Assembly: GCF_006345805.1 (NCBI RefSeq)
Contig: NC_043012.1
Coordinates: 8,556,001-8,620,000 of the forward strand
Source of the DNA: Octopus sinensis
Lineage: Eukaryota
Direction of reading: 5' to 3'
DNA length: 64,000 nucleotides
Part shown: piece after piece, positions 1 through 11,672 of the stretch
Position numbering within the stretch: the first letter of the stretch is position 1
Layout of the letters: each line of letters opens with the position of its first letter
The notes under the pieces: generated by a model
The model's input: the letters and a program-made list of their open reading frames with translations, nothing else
The model's database searches: none
What the model was told of the DNA's origin: nothing
Position numbers and translations under genes: made by a program

Positions 1-1101
1 TAGGTATTTCGTCTGCCGTTACGTTCTGAGTTCAAATTCCGCCGAGGTCGACTTTGCCTTTCATCCTTTCGGGATCGATAAATAAAGTACCAGTTACGCA
101 CTGGGGTCGATGTAATCGACTTAATCCCGTTGTCTGTCCTTGTTTGTCCTCTCTGTGTTCAGCCCCTTGCGGGTAGTAAAGAAATAGGTATTTCGTCTGC
201 CGTTACGTTCTGAGTTCAAATTCCGCCGAGGTCCACTTTGCCTTTCATCCTTTCGGGATCGATAAATAAAGTACCAGTGACGCACTGGGGTCGATGTGAT
301 CGACTTAATCCCGTTGTCTGTCCTTGTTTGTCCTCTCTGTGTTCAGCCCCTTGCGGGTAGTAAAGAAATAGGTATTTCGTCTGCCGTTACGTTCTGAGTT
401 CAAATTCCGCCGAGGTCGACTTTGCCTTTCATCCTTTCGGGATCGATAAATAAAGTACCAGTTACGCACTGGGGTCGATGTAATCGACTTAATCCGTTGT
501 CTGTCCTTGTTTGTCCTCTCTGTGTTCAGCCCCTTGCGGGTAGTAAAGAATAGGTATTTCGTCTGCCGTACGTTCTGAGTTCAAATTCCGCCGAGGTCCA
601 CTTTGCCTTTCATCCTTTCGGGATCGATAAATAAAGTACCAGTGACGCACTGGGGTCGATGTAATCGACTTAATCCCGTTGTCTGTCCTTGTTTGTCCTC
701 TCTGTGTTCAGCCCCTTGCGGGTAGTAAAGAAATAGGTATTTCGTCTGCCGTTACGTTCTGAGTTCAAATTCCGCCGAGGTCGACTTTGCCTTTCATCCT
801 TTCGGGATCGATAAATAAAGTACCAGTTACGCACTGGGGTCGATGTAATCGACTTAATCCCGTTGTCTGTCCTTGTTTGTCCTCTCTGTGTTCAGCCCCT
901 TGCGGGTAGTAAAGAAATAGGTATTTCGTCTGCCGTTACGTTCTGAGTTCAAATTCCGCCGAGGTCCACTTTGCCTTTCATCCTTTCGGGATCGATAAAT
1001 AAAGTACCAGTTACGCACTGGGGTCGGTGTAATCGACTTAATCCCTTTGTCTGTCTTTGTTTGTCACCTCTATGTTTAGCCCCTTGTGGGCAATAAAGAA
1101 A
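1..1101 (+). repeat. Tandem array, 6 x ~184 bp, of the 3' part of SINE family A (runs off the window start)
   Basis: Units start at 1, 185, 369, 551, 734 and 918. The same sequence occurs as dispersed SINE copies at 34760, 41255 and 58860. Confidence 0.95.
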
Positions 1102-1170
1102 TATATATTCATCATTTTACATGAGGATATCTTTTATCTTTTATCTTTTAATTGCTTCAGTCATTATATT

Positions 1171-1483
1171 GTGGAGGCGCAATGGCCCAGTGGTTAGGGC
1201 AGTGGATTCGCGGTCGGAGGATCGCGGTTTCGATTCCCAGACCGGGCGTTGTATGTGTCTATTGGGCGAAAACACCTAAAGCTCCACGAGGCTCCGGCAG
1301 CGGATGGTGGCCACCCCTGTTGTACTCTTTCGCCCCAAATTTCTCTCACTTTCTGTTTCTTGAGTAACGCTGCGATGGACTGGCCTCCCGTCCAGCTGGG
1401 GGGGGGGGGAACACATGCACTACAGAAACCGGGAAACTGGGTCCATGAGCCCGGCTAGGGTTGAAAAGGGTGCATAAATAAAT
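1171..1483 (+). mobile_element. tRNA-derived SINE, family D
   Basis: A-box tggcccagtgg and B-box-like gtttcgattcc; homologous to 11861 and 28455. Confidence 0.85.
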
Positions 1484-1494
1484 ATAAAAAATAT

Positions 1495-1638
1495 GCTAGG
1501 GCACTGCCTTGAAGAATAAATCGACCCCAGGACTTTTTTTTCAAGTATTCTATCTGTTCTTTTGCCGAACCGCTAAGTTACAGGGGACGTACACACAACA
1601 CCATCAGGTGTCAAGCTATAGTGGGGGTCAAACACAAA

Positions 1639-1677
<39 letters not shown>

Positions 1678-1780
1678 ACACACACACACACACACACTGA
1701 CACACACACACACACACACACACTGACACACACACACACACACACACACTGACACATACACGCACGTATATATATATGTA
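1495..1780 (-). mobile_element. SINE family B, 3' half, containing a compound (CA)n/(CACTGA) microsatellite (1640-1760)
   Basis: Matches the 3' half of the full copies at 21427 and 42117. Confidence 0.75.
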
Positions 1781-1937
1781 CTTTGGTGCGACACAAACTG
1801 TAGGGATTGATGTGTAGCAGATATGTCTACCTTTATTATCGTCTCTTTTGTCTTCCACAAAATGACAGGTGGAGGTCTACCTGAAGCGTACGCTTGGTGA
1901 AATTCTCCCCCCCCCCTCTCTCTCTTTCTGTTATATA

Positions 1938-2338
1938 TCTTTATATATAAAAGTGAGGTTGTGTTCTGTCTGTCTCCTACGATTTAGATTCCTAAATACT
2001 CCCACATTTTGCGGTGCAGTTTAACCAAAACCGGGTATCTTATAGTCAGGATTCATATCGAGCCCTTCTGGGTATTAGCGCGTGTCTACGATGAGTCTAC
2101 GATTAAAAAAAAAAAATTACCATTTTTTCCATTTTAATGCATTTTTTCGCTATTAAAAAAAGGGAAGTAACTCTCTAAGAATGTCTACGATGAGTCGACG
2201 ATTTAAAAAAAAATTTACCATCATTTTTTTTTTCCATTTTTAATGCATTTTTTTGCTAGTTTTTGGCTATAACTCCTTAAAAATGCTTATATAGTTATTT
2301 CCCTTACAAACCCGAGCAATGCCGGGCGATACTGCTAG
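1938..2338 (+). mobile_element. Non-autonomous Helitron, intact termini
   Basis: A|TC 5' end, subterminal hairpin cccg-agcaatgc-cggg (2311-2326), CTAG|T 3' end, no TSD; second copy at 37992. Confidence 0.85.
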
Positions 2339-2645
2339 TATATACATATAAAGAAGATGAGAAAGAGAGAATTTCACTAAACATACGCTACAGATGCAAC
2401 ATTATTAGATGATGTACAAAATCCTACCCATAACGAACAGTCGCAGGATGAGTCTGACCGATTGTCGTACTGAATAAAAACTAGTACAGAATCTATCTTC
2501 CGTATTTTTCATCTTACATCGACCCCAGTGCGAAAAGTACCAGTTTCGCACTGGGGTCGATGTAAATGACTTAATCCCTTTGTCTGTCCTTGTTTGTCCT
2601 CTCTATGTTTAGCCCCTTGTAGGCAGTAAAGAAGTATATTATTAA

Positions 2646-2646
<1 letters not shown>

Positions 2647-2690
<44 letters not shown>

Positions 2691-2706
2691 CATTATTATT
2701 ATTATA
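2647..2706. repeat. (ATT)n microsatellite
   Basis: Direct reading. Confidence 0.95.
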
Positions 2707-2710
2707 TATA

Positions 2711-3624
2711 CGAGGTGGTATGAAAAAATTCCCGGACTAGTTCTGTAGCGCGCCAACAGACGGCAGCACACGGTTGCATGTATGGTGAGAGCTAGAAGTG
2801 ACCTCCATCAGGCAGAGTGCAGGGTAACATCGGGGTGTTGTTTATTTCGCAACGGGTATTTTTGTGATCACGTGTATGCTGTAGTCTGTGATTTTTTTCA
2901 TGGACAAGAAGTTGGAAGAAAGAGCCAACGTGAAAATTTTGCGTTAAACTTGGGAAGTCTGCTACTACAGAGACATTGAGCATGCTTCGGCAAGCTTACG
3001 GCGACGAGGCACATGGGTCGTAGACAATGTTTCAAGTGGCACAGGCGCTTCGAAAGTGGAAGAACGTCCTTGGAAGAAGATGAGCGGTATGGAAGGTCTG
3101 CCACGAGCGGGAATATGGAGAAAATTCACCAGCTTGTGCATGAGGATCGTTGGAGGATAATCAACGACGTTTTGAAGCATTTGGGGAAGGATATTTGGCG
3201 AAAGCGACTGGATCTGTGAATCGCGAAGAATTGGATTCTTCTCGACGGCAATGTACCTCGTGACCGACCTCTCATCACTCGTGAGTTTCTCGCCAAAAAA
3301 CAACAACATGGTATTGCTTCTGCATCCACTCTATTCACTAGATTTAGCACCTGTGGACTTCCATCTCTTCCATCTCAAAATGAAAATGCAGTTCAAAGAT
3401 CGCCGTTGTAACACCGCTGTCGAAATCCAGACCTAATCGCAGAAGGTCCTCGACTCGCTTACGGAAAACGACTTTGAGGTCGGATTCCAAAATTGGCAGG
3501 AACACTGAGACCAGTATATTTCTGCGCAAGGTGACCATTTCGAAGCAGATGATATTAAAGCTTAGGTATATAAGTTATTTTTTATTAAACATTACTAGTT
3601 CGGGAACTTTTTGATACCACCTCA
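2711..3624 (+). mobile_element. Internally deleted mariner element
   Basis: TA|cgaggtggtatgaaaaaattcccggactagt ... actagttcgggaactttttgataccacctca|TA. HTH fragment QCFKWHRRFESGRTSLEEDERYGRS and LLHPLYSLDLAPVDF (YSPDLAP-like); frameshifted. Confidence 0.9.
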
Positions 3625-3651
3625 TATATATACATACGTACATATATAACA

Positions 3652-4011
3652 AAGAAGAAGGAAGCAAAGTTGAAGGTAGCATTTACAATCGTTTCGATTT
3701 ACTAGTTCTAGTAAATCTCTTCAGAATGCGAAAATGGATAGGTACATCGGTTAGGATGCGAAAATAATTGATACATATGTGATGGTAATAGAAGGAAAGA
3801 TAGTAAGTCTTACATTAAATTTTGTTCTTGCGCTGGTAATTTCGCTGGGGAGAGGTTTCATTGCAATAGACGTGTTAGTTTTGTTGGGCAATCAATTATT
3901 TTCGCATTGAAACCGATGTACCTATCGATTTTTGCATTCTGAAGAGATTTACTAAAACTAGTAGATCGAAACGATCATAAATGCTACCTTCATTTTTGCT
4001 TCCTCATTCTT
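3652..4011. repeat. Foldback/MITE-like inverted repeat (arms 3652-3772 and 3891-4011)
   Basis: ~120-bp arms are reverse complements at roughly 85% identity, with a ~118-bp spacer. Confidence 0.8.
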
Positions 4012-4336
4012 TATTTTCTAATTAAATTAAAGGCATACCAGCGAAAACGATGAGTCTCTCCTTGTTTTTACATACATTTTATTCTCCAATATAACCTAAA
4101 CTACGGTCTACCAACCAAACCACCTGCTACCGTACAACCTTACAAAAGACTGTACCTATCCAGGGAACAACCAGGAGCGACTTTGGATTTAATTATCCCT
4201 TAGAGGTATTAAACTCCTCTAACCGATACCTACATAATATATATATATAATTGATATAGGATAAAAATTTTTTCGGGACTTGGTGCTTGCTTCTTCCGTG
4301 GGTATGAATAAGTATTTCCTTTATATCTCGCGTATG

Positions 4337-4395
4337 TGCCGCTGAAGAAGGGAAAATTTCTTGTGAATTAACCCCGAAATTGGACCAATACGGTA
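4337..4395 (+). ncRNA. Type I hammerhead ribozyme fold (Penelope-type)
   Basis: Stem I UGCCG/CGGUA, core CUGAAGA, extra A, stem II GGG/CCC, GAAA, stem III AUUG-gac-CAAU, AUA cleavage triplet at 4388-4390. Confidence 0.75.
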
Positions 4396-4517
4396 ATAAC
4401 GAATTTGTTTAGAGATTTCTATCAGTTTGTTTCGAGCCGCATAAATTTAATGGTTATCGACAATTTTTTTGTTTCGGCGTATCTGGCATTAGAATTTTTC
4501 TTTTGCCCTTATCTTGT

Positions 4518-4521
<4 letters not shown>

Positions 4522-4591
<70 letters not shown>
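4522..4591. repeat. (TA)n microsatellite
   Basis: Direct reading; part of the SINE B remnant 4590-4721 (-). Confidence 0.95.
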
Positions 4592-4593
<2 letters not shown>

Positions 4594-4775
4594 AAATGCA
4601 TTCACAAGGCTTTGGTCGGGCCGAGCCCATAGTAGAAGACACTTTCCCAAAGTGCCATGCAGTGGGACTAACCCCGGGACCATGAGGTTGGGAAGCAAGC
4701 TTCTTGCCACACAGCCGCGCCAATGTCAATATTTTCAGTCTTCTTTCATTAAAGGAAATTATTTCTGCAACCTGT

Positions 4776-4796
4776 TACTACTACTACTACTACTAG

Positions 4797-4864
<68 letters not shown>
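4776..4864. repeat. (CTA)n microsatellite
   Basis: Direct reading. Confidence 0.95.
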
Positions 4865-4869
<5 letters not shown>

Positions 4870-4929
4870 TTTAATTGTACTGCCACCATTCCTACCGCCA
4901 TCTCTGTACTTTTGAAACGCTCACCGAAC

Positions 4930-5530
4930 TCCTACCACCCCAACGACTAAACTCCTACCACCACCATTGTACTCCTATCTAACTTCCCCTAAAACACTTG
5001 ACTACCAGTCCATCCGTGACCACCTTTCCTACTTATCCATTATACCCGTTCATTGTTCTCACTCTGGCAACTATATGATAAAAGTTTCTCACTCCCAACA
5101 CTAACTGAATCTCCAAGCTTCCAAAATCCGTTAATACTTCTTTTCGACATTTCACAGAACCTATTCCCCAGGTGCTCTTCATGTCTAATGCACCTGTACC
5201 CCTGCGACAAATAAAGGTCACTTTTACTATTAGCCTGTCTGTGATTCTATTACATCTTGTATGCATCCAGTGTTTACATGGGCGCACTATATGGAAGTTT
5301 TGATCTACCTTTTTACACATCGATCCAGGTATGGCCATCTCCTTGATGGCAGCAGAATCTTGGCATTTTTCTACTTTGCAGGAAAAAAAACACCCAACTT
5401 TTGTCATGACTAACATCATGTTTACTTTAAGACCCTTCATTTCCAGGCTTTGCTTCCCTGTCAGGAATTTAATTTCGTCTCCCACAAGATCGTTAGCACA
5501 CGGAAGTTCCCCAGGGCAGCTAGTCTTAAA
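4930..5530 (-). mobile_element. Degenerate RTE-clade LINE ORF2 remnant
   Basis: ORF 5033-5563 contains LEMKGLKVNMM..TKV followed by a Cys-rich segment (C-KKV..NFHIVRPCKHWMHTRCNRIT), typical of the RTE post-RT region. Confidence 0.65.
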
Positions 5531-6187
5531 TTCTTCTGTTATGCCCGGGATAATTGAATTCATTGTTCGTTAACTCTCACCCGTGTCTGTGGAGTGCTCA
5601 GCCACTTGTACGTTAATTTCACGAGCAGGCTGTTCCGTTGATTCGGATCGACTGGGACCCTTGTTGTCGTAACCGACGGAGTGTCGTCCTTCCAGATTAG
5701 ATCAAATGAAATATCCATCAATTATTGGAATCGAATTATTCGAGTGGTTCTCGACCTGACAAAACTGAAACCCTTTCAAAATAGCATTTGTAAGATTCTT
5801 CGTCCCTCTCAACCTCTTTATCAACACGAAAACAATAGAGTTTATTCCTGTAAAATACTTCTTTCTTTGCCATGATTAAAAATATTCCATTATATTAAAC
5901 ACGGTGATTCATCCGTTCCATTTCAATTTTCCCGGGTCTTCTCAAGAAAGGGTCTAAATCCCTCTCCTGCGAGAAACAATGATTTAATTGACTCTTGCCA
6001 TTCCATCAAATCTGATGCCTTGGGACCCTACCTGTCAAATCACTGTTTTATCCGAACTCAATCTTGATCAAGCATTCCATCTGTGACCATCCTGTGTTTT
6101 TAACAGGGTGCAATGCCGTATGTGTCTTTGGTTGTTTTAGACGTTGGAATGTGATTTCAACAAAATTTTGTTGCTACTTCTAGCAGA

Positions 6188-6414
6188 TTAACCCTTTTGT
6201 TACCATATTTCTGTTGAGATGCTCTGTGTTCCTTTCAATTACTTTAAATATAACAAAGAATTTAGTAAAATAACTTCGTTATCATTAAGCTAGTGTTAGG
6301 AACATAAATTGTGACTAAGGTTTGGTGGAAGATTTTAATTTAAAACTTATGAAAACAAGACATTTGTACACAGAGCCAGAGCCGGTTTCAGCCGGGTTGG
6401 TAATGATAAGGTAA
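6188..6414. mobile_element. piggyBac-type MITE (family F) immediately upstream of NDUFA13
   Basis: ttaa|ccctttgttacc...ggtaatgataaggtaa; homologous to 33370, 41105 and 59800; TTAA-CCC termini. Confidence 0.7.
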
Positions 6415-6602
6415 AGCGTTCAGTCCCAGGGTCCATTCTTGGCTGTTCTAAGGAAGAAAACCCCACAATGTATGCAAGGGAAATAATAAACACGAAACGT
6501 TAACGGGAGATAACTCAATATTATTGCATGTCTAGTTGGTGTGTTCGTCGCCAGGTGTCAGCAGCGGCTGCAGAAGGACGGCGGCCTCAGCAGGTGCTCA
6601 AC

Positions 6603-6699
6603 ATGTCCAGTGCCAGCAGTTTTAAACAAGATTTGCCTCCACAGGGAGGATATGGGTCCATTAGATGGATGAAGGAAGTTGCTAAACGAGGTCCCAGCG
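6603..6699 (+). CDS. NDUFA13: NADH dehydrogenase 1 alpha subcomplex 13 (GRIM-19), exon 1
   Basis: MSSASSFKQDLPPQGGYGSIRWMKEVAKRGPSG (KQDLPP.GGY signature); donor gtacgt at 6700, phase 1. Confidence 0.95.
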
Positions 6700-8531
6700 G
6701 TACGTACAAATAAAAGATAAATATTCATTTTATTTGGCCTCGGATTCCCTTGTGATTCTGACATTGTACTTGTGCCCTTGACAACGCTAAAGTTAAATTA
6801 CTTTCCAATTATTCAAATATAATTATTGCTCATTTCTCACTAATTATAAATTATCAACTTTATTTCTTTTTATTCGTTCTTGTACGAAATTTCTCGATGC
6901 ATATCCTGTTTGTTTCCGAAGAATTTCGGACGATAGAGAGCTTAGCAATACAAACACGAACATCATTAAGTTTTCTCAAGAAACAATAATAATTCTCCCC
7001 AATCTGTATATTGGCACATTTTTTAAAACTTATAAATTATGTGATTGTATATATATTTAACAAAGATATTGTTGTTTGAACGAATATAATAGTGATTCTA
7101 TTACATTTGTTCTTCAGCAGACGACATAGGAAATCTTAAAAGATCATCTGAGGACCCATCGTGCATGGCTTAGAAATTTGTCTTGCAGTTTCCTCAACTT
7201 CATTGGTTTCTATACCGAATGTATTAATTGAATTAATTAAACAGAGGTGTGATATTCACACTCGAGTGACTGATTAGACCAATTTTTCCTCTGTTGGACC
7301 CTCCTAGCCATTTCATGTTTTTTTATAATCAAATATTATTAGGAATTGTATAAAAAATATTTTTTAATATTTTGTGCATTGTAGAAGTATAACCCTTTTA
7401 TCGCATGTGGATTTTAACAACAAAATCCTACAAAGGACCCCGGTTGAGAACCGCTACATTAGACAGTAGGATTATAGACAGCTCCCATACCAGTCATACA
7501 CGTTCCGGAGAGGACTATGTATGATAAACATCAACGTTGCAGCAGTGCAATTTGGAACTTTGATCGTGCATGCCTGATTGCTCCCACATTGGATTATGTC
7601 CAATTTGGGCCAATATAAGCCACTGTGATATTCTTCTCTTCTTTTGGTTCACGAGTATAAACAGAGTTATCAATATTTTGACAGTAAAGAAATAAATTCG
7701 TGACTGTATTTCTTCAAAAGAGAACAATGTTTGTTATGGGAATCCTGACTTAACAGTCTGAAATGGAAATTTTTCAAACCGAATAGAAGACATGCTCATC
7801 ATCATTTTCACGCCCACTTTTTCATGCTTGTATGGGTACAACAGAGCACATTGAGGCAAATTTTCTACTGCTTGATGCCCTTCCAGTCAACAACCCAGTA
7901 GAGGAAGCAGGCACCATTTTTCTCCTTATTAAAGAGTAAAAATAAAGTGCAAAAACCAGAATTTTTCAACAGAGGCAGACGTGGCTGTGTTGTTGAGTAT
8001 TTTGCTTCCCAACCACATGGTTTCAGGTTCAGTCCCTCTGTGTGGCACCTTGGGTAAGTCTTCTACTACAGCGCCAGGCCAACCGAAGCCTTGTGTATGG
8101 ATTTGGTTGAGAGAAATTGAAAGAAATCTGCAGTATGTGTGTGTATACCCTTGTTTTCACATCTGATGATGATTGTGTGTGAACTAGCATCATCATGTAG
8201 GCAAGATTGTTCATTTCCAGTCTTTCATGAAAAACTTGTCTGACCATGGGGAAATATTACCTTGCTTGGTTAAAAAAAAGTGATGTTTAGCAACAGGAAG
8301 GACATCTGGCCATAAAATTCTGCCTCAATGAATTCTCTTAGGCTTGAAGCAAGCATGAAAAAGTGGATATTAAATGGTTGCTATATATATAAAAAAAAAG
8401 TTTGATATTTTTTGCCATAACTGAGTGAATATGAGGTGCATGTCTTCATAATGTTCTGCTATGTTCCATCTATTTTATGACTTTTTATCTATGCTAACAG
8501 TTATCATTAATGATTTTATTTCCTTTTGCAG

Positions 8532-8610
8532 GATATTTCAAGTTTTCTACCTTTATTGCTCTTTCTCTGGCTGGTTACACTGCATGGACTTTCCAAGCTA
8601 AACACTGGAA
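8532..8610 (+). CDS. NDUFA13: NDUFA13 exon 2 (transmembrane segment)
   Basis: ttttgcag|, (G)YFKFSTFIALSLAGYTAWTFQAKHW(K), |gtatgt; 79 nt, phases 1 and 2 fit. Confidence 0.9.
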
Positions 8611-8719
8611 GTATGTAAATTTTTTAATATGTAATATATAATATGTGAATGAGTGTGGATCACGTGAGGCTGTTGGACAAATTGCATGTTTATTTTTTAT
8701 TGTTACTGTTAGAATCAAG

Positions 8720-9152
8720 TGAGAATCAAAATCAAAATCGATCAACATCAATGGAAATTGTAGCTGTGATACCAGTGCTGGGGGCACGTAACAGAATCAT
8801 CCGAATGTGGCTGTTGCCAGCGCCGCCCCGACTGGCCTCCGTGCTGGTGGCACATAAAAAGCACCATCTGACCGTGGCCGTTGCCTGCCTCGCCTGGCCT
8901 CTGTGCCGGTGGCATGTAAAAAGCACCATCCGATCGTGGCCGTTTGCCAGCCTCGTCTGGCACCTGTGTCGGTGGCACGTAAAAAGTACCCATTACACTC
9001 ACGGAGTGGTTGGCATTAGGAAGGGCATCCAGCCGTAGAAACATTGCCAGATCAGACTGGGCCTGGCGCAACTTTCTGTCTTCCCAGACCCCAGTTGAAC
9101 CATCCAACCCATGCTAGCATGGAAAGCAGACGCTAAACGATGATGATGATGA
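8720..9152 (+). mobile_element. Repeat family C (RTE-LINE 3' UTR-derived, internal ~55-60 bp VNTR, (GAT)n tail)
   Basis: Repeated ggcacgtaaaaagcaccatccgatcgtggcc units; ends catggaaagcagacgctaaacgatgatg. Further partial copies at ~10985, 12760, 16378, 23795, 39885, 50660 and 60255. Confidence 0.85.
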
Positions 9153-10304
9153 CTTACATTTTGTTTCCTAAATATTCTACTAAAGCAGTCACTGGGGCCT
9201 TCTCAATCCCATCTGCCTTTTGACATTATAAGACTTGTTTTAATGATGAATCCTCTCTCATTCTGTATTCTGTTTCTCCAACATAGTCAACAGTATTCTG
9301 AAAAGTTTTCTGGATAATTAATTAGAAGACAATAATCACTGCTGAGACTAATCTGTAATTGCAGTAGTCCTCGAAGGGGGACTACTTTGTGTTGGTGGCA
9401 TGATAAAATGCACCTAGATAATGCTGTAAAGTGGTTGAGGACAGAAAATATATCCAGATGTAAAAACCATGACAAATTAACTATCTTCTGTCACACATCA
9501 GCTCTTATTACCTAGAACTACTTTTCTACCGTGAAGAAGACAAGCTTAGCTATCCCTCGAAAAAGAATCTGAGCTGGCAGTTTTTACCACACTTTTGTCA
9601 ATTGTTTTTGGTGTTTGTGTAGTTGCATGAAAATATAGACTCATTCTTGGCCTTACATCCTTGACCCAGCCAAACATTGAGGATGTGTCAGCAATATACC
9701 ACCAGGTATAGGTATCGAACCCATGGCCTTATGATTGCAGACCAAACAACTTAACCACTAGGCTACACACCGTCATTTACTACAGTACAATGGTTAAATA
9801 ACAATAATTTCAACCATTTCAACACACTCAATCTGTCTATATGTATGTATAGCAGTATCAATTAATGTCTTCACAGGCAACCTATATTTTCAAAAAATAA
9901 ATAATCTCCAGAGATGGTCAGAAACTGAAGAGTTCTGTGTTTTAAAATTACATATATCCACCCTGAAGAATGGAGCAGTTGATATATCTGATAAACATCA
10001 ACGTTTATCAACTATGTATAATAATGTCTGCACTGTTCTTAATGCAATAAGCAACTAATCAAAAGACACACACACACACATGAGCTACTACACACATTTT
10101 TTTTCTCTCTCTCCTTGTTTTTTCTGTGTCCCTTTCTGTAGAAGAGCGTAGGCTCGAAACATAGAAGACTTTTTCTATTCCTGAGCGTTATACTAATACA
10201 TCTGTTTGTTTTGTACACCACCTGTCTTCGTCTTTTGTTTATTTTCATAAACTTTCCCTTTATATATATATATATGTATATATAATAAAATATTCTTTCT
10301 ACAG

Positions 10305-10376
10305 ACGTTACAGGCTTGAAATGCAGGATGCCAGGAATGCTGTAGAACCTCTGTTTCTAGCTGAAGTTGATAGAAT
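10305..10376 (+). CDS. NDUFA13: NDUFA13 exon 3
   Basis: ttctacag|, (K)RYRLEMQDARNAVEPLFLAEVDR(M), |gtaagt; 72 nt. Confidence 0.95.
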
Positions 10377-11421
10377 GTAAGTATATTTCTTATTTGTTTA
10401 CTTGTTTGGTGACAAAGACTGGCATGGAGTTGTTGGACAGATGTAATAAACACTAGGCGTAGGGAACTACTATGTGATGTTACATTAAAGACTGGATCAA
10501 ATGAAGGAAATATGGATAAGTCCATTTATAACAACCAGTTCTACTTGTATAATCTTACTCTTAATCTGGCGGGTTGCTGTGTTTGGGAAGACACATCATC
10601 GTAGATTCTTACTTTTCCCTTCACTCCTCGATTCTTTCCCTTGGAATACGTTTGCAAAACATTTTTTTTTTGTACGTTCAATATTTTGGTTGAGATTGTA
10701 TCGTAAGGAACTGTTGTAGAGTTTTTAGAAAAGTCAGATGAAAGTTATTTATCATTACTTTTTGAAATTAGGAATAAAGTTTCAGAAATTATATAAGGAA
10801 GCAGATAGTACTCATGACCCTTGGTAGTAATAAGACCATGGAGGGATTTGAACTCAGAGCACAAAATATTAAAAGAAGTATCAAACTCCTAGGTTTCTGC
10901 CAATCCACATCCCTTGACTGGTTTATTTTTTATTGACTCTGAAAGGAAGTAAAACTAAGTTGATCTTGTCGGGATTTGAAGGATTTGCCAGATCAGATTG
11001 GATCCTGGTACAGCCTTCTGGCTTGCCAGTCCTCAGTCAAACCGTCCAACCCATGCCAGCATGAAGTGCAGATGTTAAACGACGATGATGATGATGAAAG
11101 CAAGGAGTCAGAATTAAAACCAAAAAGCAGTTTGATTCCTTAACATCTCGACCAGTTCATCATCTATATTGGGAAATACTTACTCCAAAAATTCACATAG
11201 AAATTTACAAAATTTCAAAACCCATCCTCACTAACTTGATAAAATACATGTAAAAAAAAAAAAATTTTAATATGAAAATTAAAATGAGTTTAATTTCAAT
11301 TATATATATATTTTCTAAAATTTTCTTGTAAGTTGGTGTAAAAAAATTAGTCAGTAATAAATAATTAATTAATGCTTCTTGTAATTCATCTTTACTATTC
11401 TGGATCTGTTTGTCTACGCAG

Positions 11422-11626
11422 GTATTTAAGAAGACTGAGAGATAACCGCCAGGAAGAGAAAGAACTCATGAAAGACGTTCCAAACTGGGAAGTTGGCACT
11501 TTGAATGGCGAACCTATTTACCACAATCTCCGAGATAGATTCATTGAGCCATCATTAAAAGAATACTTGGCTCACGTTGGCAAGTCTGACATGTATGACA
11601 TAATGTTTGAAAGAAGGAAACATTAA
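11422..11626 (+). CDS. NDUFA13: NDUFA13 exon 4 (last)
   Basis: ctacgcag|, YLRRLRDNRQEEKELMKDVPNWEVG...ERRKH*; spliced CDS 453 nt = 150 aa. Confidence 0.95.
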
Positions 11627-11666
11627 AGTAGTTGACTGTTTTTTTTTTTGTATAGTTAAATACAAC

Positions 11667-11672
11667 AATAAA
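11667..11672 (+). terminator. Poly(A) signal of NDUFA13
   Basis: AATAAA 41 nt after the stop codon. Confidence 0.6.

Noticed and set aside
1-1101. CRISPR-like array
   Set aside because: Units are contiguous 184-bp SINE fragments with no unique spacers, in a eukaryotic context.
1171-1250. tRNA genes at SINE heads (also 11861, 15962, 21427, 28455, 42117)
   Set aside because: A/B boxes only; no complete cloverleaf or acceptor stem, and they continue into repeat bodies.
1509-1860. ORFs with poly-CV/HT, poly-IY (4405-4729, 63390-63647) or poly-L (4652-4915)
   Set aside because: These are translations of microsatellites.
5033-5563. Longest ORF in the track (176 aa) as a host gene
   Set aside because: It is a decayed RTE ORF2 segment with no splice context.
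8649-9107. Recurrent MDGSTGVWE.../APPARKP ORFs (also 20060, 24040, 30584, 39129, 49343, 53791, 62108)
   Set aside because: Incidental frames in the GC-rich family C repeat.
9961-10010. CUGAAGA...GAUAAAC hammerhead-like motif and a 17-bp match (tgataaacatcaacgtt) to ~7522
   Set aside because: Stems I-III cannot be paired; probably a decayed repeat.
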